Source: an uncultured Acidobacteriota bacterium (GTDB lineage: Bacteria > Acidobacteriota > Thermoanaerobaculia > Gp7-AA8). From it: DNA of 64,000 bases. The stretch lies in the NCBI GenBank assembly GCA_963741955.1, contig CAVUKB010000001.1, positions 192,001-256,000 of the forward strand, read 5' to 3'. Below are positions 1 through 9,062 of the stretch, piece after piece. A program made the translations under genes and the position numbers. The notes under the pieces are model-generated. The model was not told the origin of the DNA. It made no database searches and was given only the letters and a program-made list of their open reading frames with translations. The stretch's first letter is position 1. The number at the start of each line of letters is the position of its first letter.

Positions 1-453
1 GTAGGCGATCCCGTCGAGCGTCTCCGCCCAGCTCGCATCCACGGCCGCGAGATTCGGATCGGCCGTCTGGCCGGCGGCACCGCGGTAGGTCCAAATCCTG
101 AGACGCGAGGCGGGGAAGGTCGCGTAATCCTTCTTGTTCACGAGGATCGACGTGAACGCATCGATCTCACCACGACCGACCGGCATCACCGCCCAGAGAG
201 AATTCGTGGCCGAGGGATTCCCAAAGGTGTAGAGGGGATTCGAGATTGGGATCGTGTGCTTGCCGTAGTAGATCGGGACGGGCCCGCTCGCACCGCCGAT
301 CTGCGTCTCGCCCTTCGTGATCGTATGCGCCGTGCGGTTGGTGACGAGCGGATGCGTGACGGTCGGAGTGGTCGGCACGTCCCCGCCGAGGTTCGGCGGC
401 GTATAGAACGGCGGAGGAGGCGCCGGCCCGCGAACGATGCGCCCGCGAGACAT
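1..453 (-). CDS. Phage tail tip / host-specificity (J-like) protein, N-terminal part (runs off window)
   Basis: Not in ORF track. ATG at 453 overlaps the upstream TGA (TGATG); reads MSRGRIVRG...GPVPIYYGKH...GRGEIDAF...YRGAAGQTADPNL...DGIAY, typical tail-tip motifs. Confidence 0.7.
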   Translation of the reverse strand, partial: MSRGRIVRGPAPPPPFYTPPNLGGDVPTTPTVTHPLVTNRTAHTITKGETQIGGASGPVPIYYGKHTIPISNPLYTFGNPSATNSLWAVMPVGRGEIDAFTSILVNKKDYATFPASRLRIWTYRGAAGQTADPNLAAVDASWAETLDGIAY

Positions 454-840
454 CAGGAGACATCCTCGATGAGCTGGACGTCGAGCTTCCACAGATCCGC
501 CTCGAAATGAGACGGAACGAACCCTTTTTCCGCGAGATACCAGACCGAATACCTCGAGCGAGCTCCTGCTGAGGTGAACGTTATCGCCGCTCCGTTCGCG
601 GGCGCCGCCGCGAATGTGATCTGGTCCTCGCCCTCCGGCCCCGCGCCGGCCGTCAGCACGACTCCGGTCAGCACGCCCGCCACATAGACGGACGGGGCGT
701 CGACCTCCTTCGCAGGGAGGTAAAACACCGTCGTCACTCCGTCACCGGTTCCGACGACGCCATCCGAGACAGGCAACGTCCAGAAGTCGAAGAATGAGAA
801 CTTCGTCGCGCGGTTCGCGAGCCAATGCTGCCAGAGGTGT
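453..840 (-). pseudogene. 5'-truncated DUF2460-like (GTA/phage distal tail region) protein
   Basis: LWQHWLANRATKFSFFDF...VGTGDGVTTVFYLP...QITFAAAPANGAAITF resembles the DUF2460 C-terminal part; no credible N-terminus, fused to the protease 3' end. Confidence 0.6.
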
Positions 841-2151
841 AATCGTCGATCGCAATCCCGGCGGCGCGAGCCCCCGCGAGGGCGAGTGGAGCTGCGCGGC
901 CTCGGGGTCGATCGCGACTTCCTTTCCCGCAACCCTTACCGTGCCGCCCACCTGGCCGGCCTGCACCGGAGGCGCCTCCGGCGCCGGATCCGTCCCCCGC
1001 GCCTGGGCGCGCGGGAGCTCGTCGGCCATCTTCGAGATGACCTCTTTCGCGTGCTCGATCCCGTGCTTCTTCGCGAGCTGCCTGACCCATGGTTCTTTCG
1101 CCGGCGTCACCTTCGGCCGGTTGGCGGCGATGAGCGCGTCGAGCTGCTCCTCCGCGGACTTCGCGGAGAGTTGCGCGAGCTCCGCCTTCGCCGCATCGCG
1201 CTCTGCGATGACGGCGTCGTGCTCCTCGCGCGTGACGACGCCCGCCGGCGAGCGGAGCTCGATGAGCTTCGCCTGAACCGTCGCGAGGTCCGCGTCATCC
1301 TCGATCTCGAGCAGCTCGAGCACCTCGGCCGATGCAACCGGGAGCTCGACGGCTCCGGCATCGTCAGGCTCTGATTTCGCGGTCTGCATCAGCACTTCGG
1401 CGATCGTCGCCGGAGACCCGTCGGATTTCGCCGCGCCGACCTCGAAGAGCATCTGATCGCCGTCCGGCAGTGCGTCGATAACCCGCTGAACAGCAGCCTT
1501 CAGCTCGCTCAGCGTCGTGGTGACTGGCAGCCCCAGCATGTACTGCAGGCGTTCGATGATCTCGTCCATCCCGTTTCCTCCCTTTGCCTTGATCGTCTTC
1601 ATTCGCGCGACCGCCTTCGCGGCGATCTGTTCGTAGAGCTCCGCCTGGTTGTGCGATGCGGGGAGATTCGTGAGAGCCAGCGAGAGCAGAGCCCGGATCC
1701 TCATAGTCTCGGGGTCGTAGAGGTAGACCGGCGAATGGTAGCGATACTCGCCGGAGCGGACCATCTCCGCCGCGCGATCGTTCCACTCGATGGACTTCGC
1801 GATCAGTCCCGCCGTCCCGCCCGCGACGAGTTCCCCTATGAACCCCGCGGCTGGCGCAATCTCGCCGGTGTGCGTCTGGTGCTCGTAATCGATCGGGATC
1901 TTGACGCCCCGGTCACTAAACCCGCCGACGATCTCCTTCTGGCTCGCCGCGTCGGTGACGTAGGTCCCGTGGTCGTTCTCGTAAGTCGGGAACGGGAACA
2001 CAAGGAGCTCGGACGGCAGCCCGTCTGCACCCGCTTTCGCCCCCTTTCGGCGGATCTCGACCGCCTTACCGACGAGCACGGCCAGCCCCGAGCCGTCCAG
2101 ATCCACAGAACCCGCCTTATGTCGTGCTATTTTTTGCGATCGCCCCTTCAT
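742..2151 (-). CDS. Mu-like prohead protease I / scaffold, 3' end disrupted
   Basis: IPIDYEHQT...APAAG...IEWNDRA...EYRYHSP...LALTNLPA Mu_Pro motifs; the C-terminus runs into the downstream tail gene out of frame. Confidence 0.85.
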   Translation of the reverse strand: MKGRSQKIARHKAGSVDLDGSGLAVLVGKAVEIRRKGAKAGADGLPSELLVFPFPTYENDHGTYVTDAASQKEIVGGFSDRGVKIPIDYEHQTHTGEIAPAAGFIGELVAGGTAGLIAKSIEWNDRAAEMVRSGEYRYHSPVYLYDPETMRIRALLSLALTNLPASHNQAELYEQIAAKAVARMKTIKAKGGNGMDEIIERLQYMLGLPVTTTLSELKAAVQRVIDALPDGDQMLFEVGAAKSDGSPATIAEVLMQTAKSEPDDAGAVELPVASAEVLELLEIEDDADLATVQAKLIELRSPAGVVTREEHDAVIAERDAAKAELAQLSAKSAEEQLDALIAANRPKVTPAKEPWVRQLAKKHGIEHAKEVISKMADELPRAQARGTDPAPEAPPVQAGQVGGTVRVAGKEVAIDPEAAQLHSPSRGLAPPGLRSTITPLAALAREPRDEVLILRLLDVACLGWRRRNR

Positions 2152-2307
2152 GGCTCCCGTCCTACCCTCTCACGCCCGATCGCGCCCCAGAGGGCCGCCT
2201 TGCGCGATTTCGATTCCTGACCGATACTGGATGTGCACCCCTCGTCACCCGGATGCCGCGTGCGGCTGCCAACGGAGCGAGGCGTGAGTCCAGGCACGCT
2301 CTGCGAC

Positions 2308-3585
2308 TCACTCTTTCCTCCCCGCCCGGCTGAACACGAGCAGCCCGTTCCTCTCCCGCCGTTCGATACCCTTCCAGTCGCTGGGAGATTCGGGCGACGA
2401 TCTGTAGATCGTGCGGAGCCGCAACCAACCTTCGGCCGAGCGTTCGAAGTAGATCGCGACGATCTTCTTTTTGTCCTCGATCGTGTAAATCCCGAGGTAG
2501 CGTTTGATGTAGTAGGGAGCTCCGTCCGGGCGGTTTCGTCTCACGTACCAGACCTCGGCCGGATTCTCGAGAACGTGCTGGATGAGCGGGAGCACGATGC
2601 CTCGCTCAGCGCGCGCGGCCGGCGAGAGCTGCTCGCCCGATGATGCGTATCCGGCGAGATGCAGAAAGGTGTCTTCATTGACGCGCACGCCGTCGGACGC
2701 ATAGTCGACGAACCAGGCCCCGGTCGCTCCCTCACCGATGCCTGTCGCCTCGCGGAAGGCGTTCCAGTCTGCAGCGCGATCGCCGCGAAAGGGCGACCCG
2801 AGGCGCGGAGGTGAATCCGGCGGCAACGTGTCGAGTGACGCGAGTCCATAGTCCGCCGCCGTCTTCATCGGGATCTCGGGGCCGAGGTCCGCGAGCGCTT
2901 TCGCGAAGAACCGGTCATCCGCCGCCATGACGTTCTTCGGCGCGAAATCGAACCCCGGATCCGGCAGGATCTCGCGCCCGTCGATCACCGGGCCGAGTTT
3001 TGGGTTTTTCTCCCCGTGCTCGTAGAGCTTCCCGCTCTCGCCCGCCTGCTCCGCTGTCAGCGATGTCACGTTGTAATGGCGTTCGTTGTGGTGATTCGGC
3101 GGATAGATGTGATCCCAGATCGGGTCATCGTGGCGCGCGACCAGGCCCTCGAGCTGCCGGCAGATCGCGCTGGTCCGTCCGTCGTGCGGCCCGAGCGGAT
3201 ACTGCCAATAAGGGCGCTCGTCGAGGACGTCGGGATCGCTCAACTGCTGATAGCGCCCGGCCGCGGTCGCGGTGGCGATCGCGTTCTGGTGGATAAGCTC
3301 GAGCCGCTGGGGCGACAGGATCGTCCCACCCTGGGCATCGACGATCTCGCCCAGGTGATCCGCGAAATCGCTCTTCGTCATACCGCTGGCCAGCGCCTCC
3401 TCGACTAAACGATTCGCCTCGAGCAGAGACGAATAGCGCTGCAAGCCGGTGATCGTGAACGCTCTCGGACGGGCTTCCGGAATGAGCGAATAGAAGTTGT
3501 CCGCGACCATCGGCGAGCGCTTCCGCTGAAAGAGGAGCGCCTCCTGGAAGGGCTTGAGGACCTTGCGGACCGCGGGCGTCGTCAT
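2308..3585 (-). CDS. MuF / SPP1 gp7-like head morphogenesis protein with C-terminal PBECR2-like extension
   Basis: True start MTTPAVRK at 3585 (ATGA overlap with portal); RAFTITG, RLELIHQN, DGRTS..C, DDPIW...PPNH MuF motifs; C-terminal LENPAEVW...KRYLG. Confidence 0.85.
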   Translation of the reverse strand: MTTPAVRKVLKPFQEALLFQRKRSPMVADNFYSLIPEARPRAFTITGLQRYSSLLEANRLVEEALASGMTKSDFADHLGEIVDAQGGTILSPQRLELIHQNAIATATAAGRYQQLSDPDVLDERPYWQYPLGPHDGRTSAICRQLEGLVARHDDPIWDHIYPPNHHNERHYNVTSLTAEQAGESGKLYEHGEKNPKLGPVIDGREILPDPGFDFAPKNVMAADDRFFAKALADLGPEIPMKTAADYGLASLDTLPPDSPPRLGSPFRGDRAADWNAFREATGIGEGATGAWFVDYASDGVRVNEDTFLHLAGYASSGEQLSPAARAERGIVLPLIQHVLENPAEVWYVRRNRPDGAPYYIKRYLGIYTIEDKKKIVAIYFERSAEGWLRLRTIYRSSPESPSDWKGIERRERNGLLVFSRAGRKE

Positions 3586-5126
3586 GCCGACTCCTCCGCC
3601 ACGTCGCCCGCGCCCATTGCTTCCGCGACCGCCATTGCCTGCGCGAGGATCTCGCCGTGGCGCGCCGAGTCGAGCTGGTCTACGCTCTCCCACAGCCGGT
3701 CGATCGCCTCGTCGAGCGTCTCTGCTCCGCGGACGAGCTCGAGGATCTTTTGAGTCTGCTCGCGGTTCGCGATCGTCCCGAGCTCGAGGACGAGGGCGGC
3801 GACATCCTCCGCCGTTTGGAGCTTTGGCTTCTTCGGCCCGCTCGCCGCGGCCGTACCGGTCCGCCTCTTCGCGGCGCCGAGCCCCGCGGGCGGCGCCGGA
3901 GCGGTCGCCTCGACCGTGCGCACCTGAAACACGTCCTCGATCTGCGAGGGGTCGATGGCTCGGCCCACCGAGGCGAGCGCCTCGTTTACGATCACGTAGA
4001 CTTGAGACGTCTTCGTGAGATCGGCCGGCGGCGCTGCATTGATGCGGAAATTCGGGATCTCTCCGCTCTCGACCTGGTCCCATCCCCGGTTGAAACCCCA
4101 CCACACGGCGACGACCTGTTCCTGCACGCTCTCGGCAATCTGCCCAGCGACGGCTTCGATGTTGTCGTTCGCGACTTCTTCGGCGTGATTGCCAGCGAGC
4201 GTGCCCGTCCCGCTCTTCGCCTCTGAGTTGAGCACGTGCCCGTTGATCAACTTCGTGATCGCTTCGTCGGATGCGGAGATGATCGCCTGGTAGAGCGACG
4301 TCGTGCCGTAGCGCTGCGCCTCCTGGAGTTTGACCTCGGTACCGGCTGGGAATGCCGCCCGCGCGTTCGCGGCGAGCCCTGTGATTGCTTCGAGCACCGA
4401 GTCGCGCGATTCGGCGCGGTCGAAGAACGCCCAGATCATCGGGTTCCCGTAGGCGTTCGCAAAGCGCATGAGCCATTCCCAGGAGGAATGTTTGAAGAGC
4501 CAGTACCAGGCGATCTTCCTCCACAGTCCGCGCTCGGTGAGCCGGCCGTCGGAGAGTCCACCCGAGTGGAAGACGAACCCTCGAGGGTTCACAGGCTCGC
4601 CGGCGGACGGACTCGCGATCGTGCGGAGTCGCAGCTCCCTCGTCGTCGGATCCTGACGCCAGCGCGGAGCGTCGACGACCTCCCACCCGGAGACCTTGTA
4701 GTCACGCGACCAGAGGATCTCCGGAGCGACGAATGGATAATGCTCACCGAAAACGAGGTGATACCGGAGACCGGAAAACGTGCGGAAGCCGTTCAGCATC
4801 GCGCTCACGTCCTCCGCGTCCTTCTTCGCGCCGGCGGAATCGTCGAACGGCTCGATGGACCAGTCGAGCTTCGAGACTGCGGACGCGAGATTGCGATACG
4901 ACGAGAAGACGTGCGCGTCCTCCAGGAGCTTCTTCGCGACGAGCATCTGTTGCTCGAGCGCAGCGTTGCCGCGCAGGACTCGCGCGAGGAACTCGGGGGT
5001 GAGCGTGCCGGTCGTGAGCCCCGCCCACGGATCGCGCACCCGTCCAATCTCCGCCTGCCGGTCCGGCGGGCGTTTGTCGAACGTGACGGTGTTGCCGAAA
5101 GCGTCGTAGAGGACCGTCTCAGCCAC
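3582..5126 (-). CDS. Mu gp29-like portal protein (DUF935)
   Basis: GTG start at 5126 after a G-rich RBS; LTPE.LARVLR, DAHV, GLWRKIAWYWLFKH, FANAYGNP, KLINGHVLNSE. Confidence 0.9.
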   Translation of the reverse strand: MAETVLYDAFGNTVTFDKRPPDRQAEIGRVRDPWAGLTTGTLTPEFLARVLRGNAALEQQMLVAKKLLEDAHVFSSYRNLASAVSKLDWSIEPFDDSAGAKKDAEDVSAMLNGFRTFSGLRYHLVFGEHYPFVAPEILWSRDYKVSGWEVVDAPRWRQDPTTRELRLRTIASPSAGEPVNPRGFVFHSGGLSDGRLTERGLWRKIAWYWLFKHSSWEWLMRFANAYGNPMIWAFFDRAESRDSVLEAITGLAANARAAFPAGTEVKLQEAQRYGTTSLYQAIISASDEAITKLINGHVLNSEAKSGTGTLAGNHAEEVANDNIEAVAGQIAESVQEQVVAVWWGFNRGWDQVESGEIPNFRINAAPPADLTKTSQVYVIVNEALASVGRAIDPSQIEDVFQVRTVEATAPAPPAGLGAAKRRTGTAAASGPKKPKLQTAEDVAALVLELGTIANREQTQKILELVRGAETLDEAIDRLWESVDQLDSARHGEILAQAMAVAEAMGAGDVAEESA

Positions 5127-6825
5127 GATACGCCCCCCATCCATCGCGACTCTGGCCCCACGCGGGGACCTGTGCGCCACGCGGTGTGACGATCTCGAAC
5201 GGCATGAACGCCGGAGCGACGAGCTCCGCGATGCGCGCCGAGTTGCCCGCCATCCCGAAGTGGTTCGCGACGCCCTTCACGTACCGATCGACCGCGCGTC
5301 CCTTCGCGTCGATGACCCGCTCCTTCCGGAGGTTCTTGAGATGCTGCGAGAGCGTCGAGAGGACCTCGCTCTCCTTCGCCGGGAGGATCAGCCCGAGCGG
5401 TCCGGTGATCTCGGCGGTGAAGTCGTCCAGCGACTCGTCGCGGTTCACCTTCACGCACCGATAGGTCCGCGACTCATGCTGCTCTTCGACGAGCTTCTGC
5501 TCGGACGAATCGGTGAAGTCCTGCAGGACGACCGTTCGCGGGAACCGGTATGCGAGCGCTCGCGCGACCGTGGTCAGCGGCTTCTTGTCGATCACGAGTT
5601 GAGTGATCCCGATCCGGTCGATGATCTCCGATACCCGCTCGACCGCCCGATCGCTGTCGATCTCTTCGATCCAGACGAGGCGCTTCCGGCCGTCCGGGAG
5701 CCGCTCGTCCACCCAGAGATGACACAGGTCGCCCGTGTCCATCCCGCCGTAGCGCGGAAGAAACCCGCGCGCCCCGGACAGCACGCACTCGGACGACCGC
5801 ATCGCGGCGAGCTCGGCGTCGCTCACGGGCTGCATTGCCCCGGCGTCCGGGATCGCGAGGACCGAGCAGCGAAACTTCGCCATCTCGGATTTCTTTCGCT
5901 GCGCTCGCTGCCACCGATGCCAGATCGCGTCGCCCGGCATCGATCCGACCGCGAGCGCGGAAAGACGGAACGAATAGCGACGGGATTTTTCCCGGTTTGG
6001 GAAGGTCGCGACCCACTCGCCGCGGGAAAGATCGAGCTCGCGCCTGCAACGCGGACAGACCCGCGTCCAGTGCCCGCCCAGCTTGGCCATGCACTCCGGA
6101 AACGTCTCCTCGAGACAGATCCCGCGTAGCCGGCAATGCGCGCAGCGGAACAGTATCCGGCGCTGCGAGCCTTCTTGCCACTTCGAATCGATGCCCGCGC
6201 CTGGCGTGTAGCCGGCGGAGAAATAAATCGCAAGACGGAGAGGCGAGCGAGCCACGCGGCCGCGTGACCATTCGAGGTTCTCTTCCGGCAGTAGGTCCAC
6301 CTCGTCATAAGCGAGGACGTCGAGCGGAATCGAGACCGCGCCGAGCATCGCCTCGAGGCCGAGGACGTACAGGAACCGGCCGTCGAACTCTTTGATCGTC
6401 GCCTGGCTTACGACCTCGCGATCGCGAAGATGCGACGAGAGGAACGGAGAGCGGCTGATCATGCGCTTCAGCCGCGTGCGGCCGAATCGGTGCGCGAACT
6501 TGTCGGTCGGCAAAAAGTATCCGACGTTGTACTGGCGATCGGCGACCAGATGCAGAGCGGCCCCGATTCCGATCGTCGTCGCGCCGACCTGCTCGGCCTT
6601 GAGTAGCGTGATCTCGCTGTCCGTCTCTCTCCTGCGCACCGCGCGATCGAGGATCCCCAGGAGCTCGCCGAAGGGCTCGTATCCCGTGAGCGACCAGCGG
6701 CCGTTCTCGGTGTCGACGTCCTGCTCGAGGAAGTCCTGGATGGTCGAGGGACGAGCGGCGACGCCCGGGGCGGTCGCATCTACGGACAGAGTACCCAGCC
6801 AGTCTGCGGTGGTGTTGCGCGTCAC
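5119..6825 (-). CDS. Terminase large subunit, lambda GpA-like family
   Basis: Walker A KAEQVGAT, Walker B LAYDEVD, two CxxC pairs, nuclease GMDTG and NHFGMA. Confidence 0.88.
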   Translation of the reverse strand: MTRNTTADWLGTLSVDATAPGVAARPSTIQDFLEQDVDTENGRWSLTGYEPFGELLGILDRAVRRRETDSEITLLKAEQVGATTIGIGAALHLVADRQYNVGYFLPTDKFAHRFGRTRLKRMISRSPFLSSHLRDREVVSQATIKEFDGRFLYVLGLEAMLGAVSIPLDVLAYDEVDLLPEENLEWSRGRVARSPLRLAIYFSAGYTPGAGIDSKWQEGSQRRILFRCAHCRLRGICLEETFPECMAKLGGHWTRVCPRCRRELDLSRGEWVATFPNREKSRRYSFRLSALAVGSMPGDAIWHRWQRAQRKKSEMAKFRCSVLAIPDAGAMQPVSDAELAAMRSSECVLSGARGFLPRYGGMDTGDLCHLWVDERLPDGRKRLVWIEEIDSDRAVERVSEIIDRIGITQLVIDKKPLTTVARALAYRFPRTVVLQDFTDSSEQKLVEEQHESRTYRCVKVNRDESLDDFTAEITGPLGLILPAKESEVLSTLSQHLKNLRKERVIDAKGRAVDRYVKGVANHFGMAGNSARIAELVAPAFMPFEIVTPRGAQVPAWGQSRDGWGAYRG

Positions 6826-7454
6826 GCGGCACCTCCGAGCTGACGCTGACGGACCTCTTCGACCTTTGCGAGCACACGCCGGAGGAGCGGAGGATCGTCG
6901 CGGAGGAGCTGCTCGAGCTCCGCGCGCAGGATCTTGAGCGCGCGGTCGACGCCTCGCGTGACGGCGAGGCGCGTCCGCTCGCGCGCCGCGCTCGAGCTCT
7001 GCAGCTTTGCGGCCGCGACGACGGTCGAGAGCTCCTCGTCCGAGAGGGCTTTCGGCTTCCCGTTCTCATCTTCTCCGAGAAGCGACTCGAGGATCCGCGT
7101 ATTGAGGAGCTGCGAGACGGCCTCCTCGAGCGCGAGCACCTCGTCCTGGTCGGAGGTGCGGAGGAGCTTGGCCTTCTCGACGAGCATCCGCACCGCGCGG
7201 CGCTGGATCTCGAATTTGTAACCGTATCGCGCGAGCGCGCTGCGCGAGACGTGGTAGCCCGTACCGCGGAGCCGCTCGATCATCTCGTCGTAGGTCGGCC
7301 GCGGGATCTCGAGGAGCCACGAATCGATGAGCTGCGCGAGGCCGACGTGCAGCTCGACCGCCGGATGGCCGCGACGCGGCTTCCCGGCCGGCCGCTTGTC
7401 CGCCGGTTTCTTCGCCGCCGGCTTCCGGCCCGGCTTCTGCGCCGCTCGCGTCAT
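6822..7454 (-). CDS. DUF3486 / Mu gp27-like small terminase subunit
   Basis: TYDEMIERL..GYHVSRSALARY HTH signature; directly upstream of terL. Confidence 0.8.
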   Translation of the reverse strand: MTRAAQKPGRKPAAKKPADKRPAGKPRRGHPAVELHVGLAQLIDSWLLEIPRPTYDEMIERLRGTGYHVSRSALARYGYKFEIQRRAVRMLVEKAKLLRTSDQDEVLALEEAVSQLLNTRILESLLGEDENGKPKALSDEELSTVVAAAKLQSSSAARERTRLAVTRGVDRALKILRAELEQLLRDDPPLLRRVLAKVEEVRQRQLGGAA

Positions 7455-7735
7455 GCGGTGCGCTCCCGTTTCAGCGCACGGTGTACGCCCGCGAACCCGT
7501 CGCGCATCTGATCTGCCAGGTCGATCCGCTGCCGGACTTCGCCGAGCTGCTCACGCGTCGCGTATTCCTCGCGGATGTCGCGTGCGAGCTGACCCTGCAG
7601 CTGGAGGAGAGCATTTGCCACCTCGAGCTTCTCCTGTCGGAGTGTCGTCCGGATCGAGTAGACGAGGAGCGCGACGATGCCGTTGAGGAGCATCGTCGCG
7701 ATGAGCGAGGCGAGAGAGATGACCAGCGGCGTCAC
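7451..7735 (-). CDS. Phage single-TM coiled-coil protein (Mu gp25/DUF2730-like position)
   Basis: GTGA-coupled start at 7735; N-terminal TM, then EEYATREQLGEV coiled coil. Confidence 0.65.
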   Translation of the reverse strand: MTPLVISLASLIATMLLNGIVALLVYSIRTTLRQEKLEVANALLQLQGQLARDIREEYATREQLGEVRQRIDLADQMRDGFAGVHRALKRERTA

Positions 7736-8046
7736 TGCGCAGCACCCCCGGCGCCGCGGCATTTCGCGAGCTCGCCCTGGAGGCGCGCGATCTTCTCCCT
7801 TAGCGCTGCATATGTCGCCGCGTCGAGCAGAATGCCATCGAACGGAGCGGCCTCGCCGGACGCGATCCAGTGGACGCGGACATCGACGGGCGTGACCGGA
7901 GCTGCGGCGACGATCGGGCCGCGGGCGCGGATCCGCATTGCCCCGCACCCGGCCGCGAAAGCGAGAACCAGGAGGAGACAAAGGGCGACCGAGGCCGCGC
8001 AGCGGCTACCTAAGAGCCGCTTCGATGTCTGACTTGCTGCGGTCAT
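7732..8046 (-). CDS. Lipoprotein, probable o-spanin (Rz1-like)
   Basis: Signal peptide with lipobox FAAG-C; 5' end overlaps the 3' end of the upstream TM gene. Confidence 0.55.
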   Translation of the reverse strand: MTAASQTSKRLLGSRCAASVALCLLLVLAFAAGCGAMRIRARGPIVAAAPVTPVDVRVHWIASGEAAPFDGILLDAATYAALREKIARLQGELAKCRGAGGAAQ

Positions 8047-8209
8047 CGTCCTTTCTCTCCACCTCATTCGCGATTTCCGTGAGCGCCTCCGACACCTGCG
8101 TGTCGGTCTTCGCCGCGCGCCGCGCCGGATCAGAGTTCCCGCGGATCAGCATCAGGATCAGCGTCACGATCCCGCTGAGCAGAGCGACTACCGCGCCGAG
8201 AGTCGTCAT
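8006..8209 (-). CDS. N-terminal TM helical protein, probable i-spanin (Rz-like)
   Basis: ATGA-coupled start 8209; MTTLGAVVALLSGIVTLILMLI followed by a helical charged tail. Confidence 0.55.
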   Translation of the reverse strand: MTTLGAVVALLSGIVTLILMLIRGNSDPARRAAKTDTQVSEALTEIANEVERKDDDRSKSDIEAALR

Positions 8210-8727
8210 TTCGCCGCCCATGCGCCGGCTTCGCATACGTACCATGTCGAGCCTGCGCCGCCCTCGGTTCGCGAGTAGAACGAGCCCGTCGTGCATGCGC
8301 CCGACGGAGCTCCGGCTCCCGCGGTCCAGGACGGACCCGCAGATAGGGCGAAAGAATCAGAGATCGTTCCGCCGGTGACGTTCGCGCCTCCGGCAGATAC
8401 GTACAGGCCTCCGGCATCAACATCGAGACCACCGGTGGTGATCTCCAGCGCGTCGGTGACCAGTGAGAAGGCGTTCCCCTGGGTGCTCGTGATCTGCATC
8501 AAGTCGACCCAATGGCCAACCGGAAACTGAACGAATTGGTGTTGGTTGGTGATGCCGACGCCGCCGATCGTCACGTTCTGGCCGTTCAGGCTGGTGATGC
8601 TCAGAGTGGCGGTCGAGATCGAATCGACTGAGAGATTCTGCGAAACGCCCTTGCGCGTCTCGGTCCCGGCAGCAAGCGTCGCCGTCGTGAAGGTCAGGAG
8701 CAGGATGGCGATCAGTCGTCGTTTCAT
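8206..8727 (-). CDS. Phage secreted beta-rich protein with tail-spike-like C-terminal motif
   Basis: Sec signal MKRRLIAILLLTFTTATLA; C-terminus GAGAPSG...GSFYSRTEGGAGSTWYV...WAAK; RBS GAGGAG. Confidence 0.7.
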   Translation of the reverse strand: MKRRLIAILLLTFTTATLAAGTETRKGVSQNLSVDSISTATLSITSLNGQNVTIGGVGITNQHQFVQFPVGHWVDLMQITSTQGNAFSLVTDALEITTGGLDVDAGGLYVSAGGANVTGGTISDSFALSAGPSWTAGAGAPSGACTTGSFYSRTEGGAGSTWYVCEAGAWAAK

Positions 8728-8739
8728 CGTGGTCTCCTC

Positions 8740-9060
8740 TCAGGCGTGGCTCTTGTTGAGTGCGACGACGATCGTGCATTGCGCATCGGCAAAGAACCGC
8801 AATTGCTGCGATAGCAGCCAGCTCGAGTTGTTCACCTGAAACACGTCGCCGGCACTCATCGGCATGTCGTTCGCGTCCGCGTCGGTGCCGTCGTTGTTGC
8901 GGTAGACGGTTCCTGCCGTCACCTGAATCTCGGCATCGCTGCATCCGTCCGGAAGTGCGGCGAGGCCGCAGAGATCCGCGAGGGTCGTCGTGCCGGCGAG
9001 TGCAGCGGCCGAGGTCGTGTAGGTGCCGAGGCCGATCGTGGCCGCCTGGACGATGTGCAT
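8740..9060 (-). CDS. Phage hypothetical small beta protein
   Basis: RBS GGAGG, operon position, natural amino-acid composition. Confidence 0.7.
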   Translation of the reverse strand: MHIVQAATIGLGTYTTSAAALAGTTTLADLCGLAALPDGCSDAEIQVTAGTVYRNNDGTDADANDMPMSAGDVFQVNNSSWLLSQQLRFFADAQCTIVVALNKSHA

Positions 9061-9062
9061 TG

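Noticed and set aside
3586-4686. 792-aa version of MuF in the ORF track
   Set aside because: The N-terminal part is an Arg-rich shadow frame over the portal; the real start is 3585. The same applies to the extended murE, murG, cheB, TPR and ompA ORFs.
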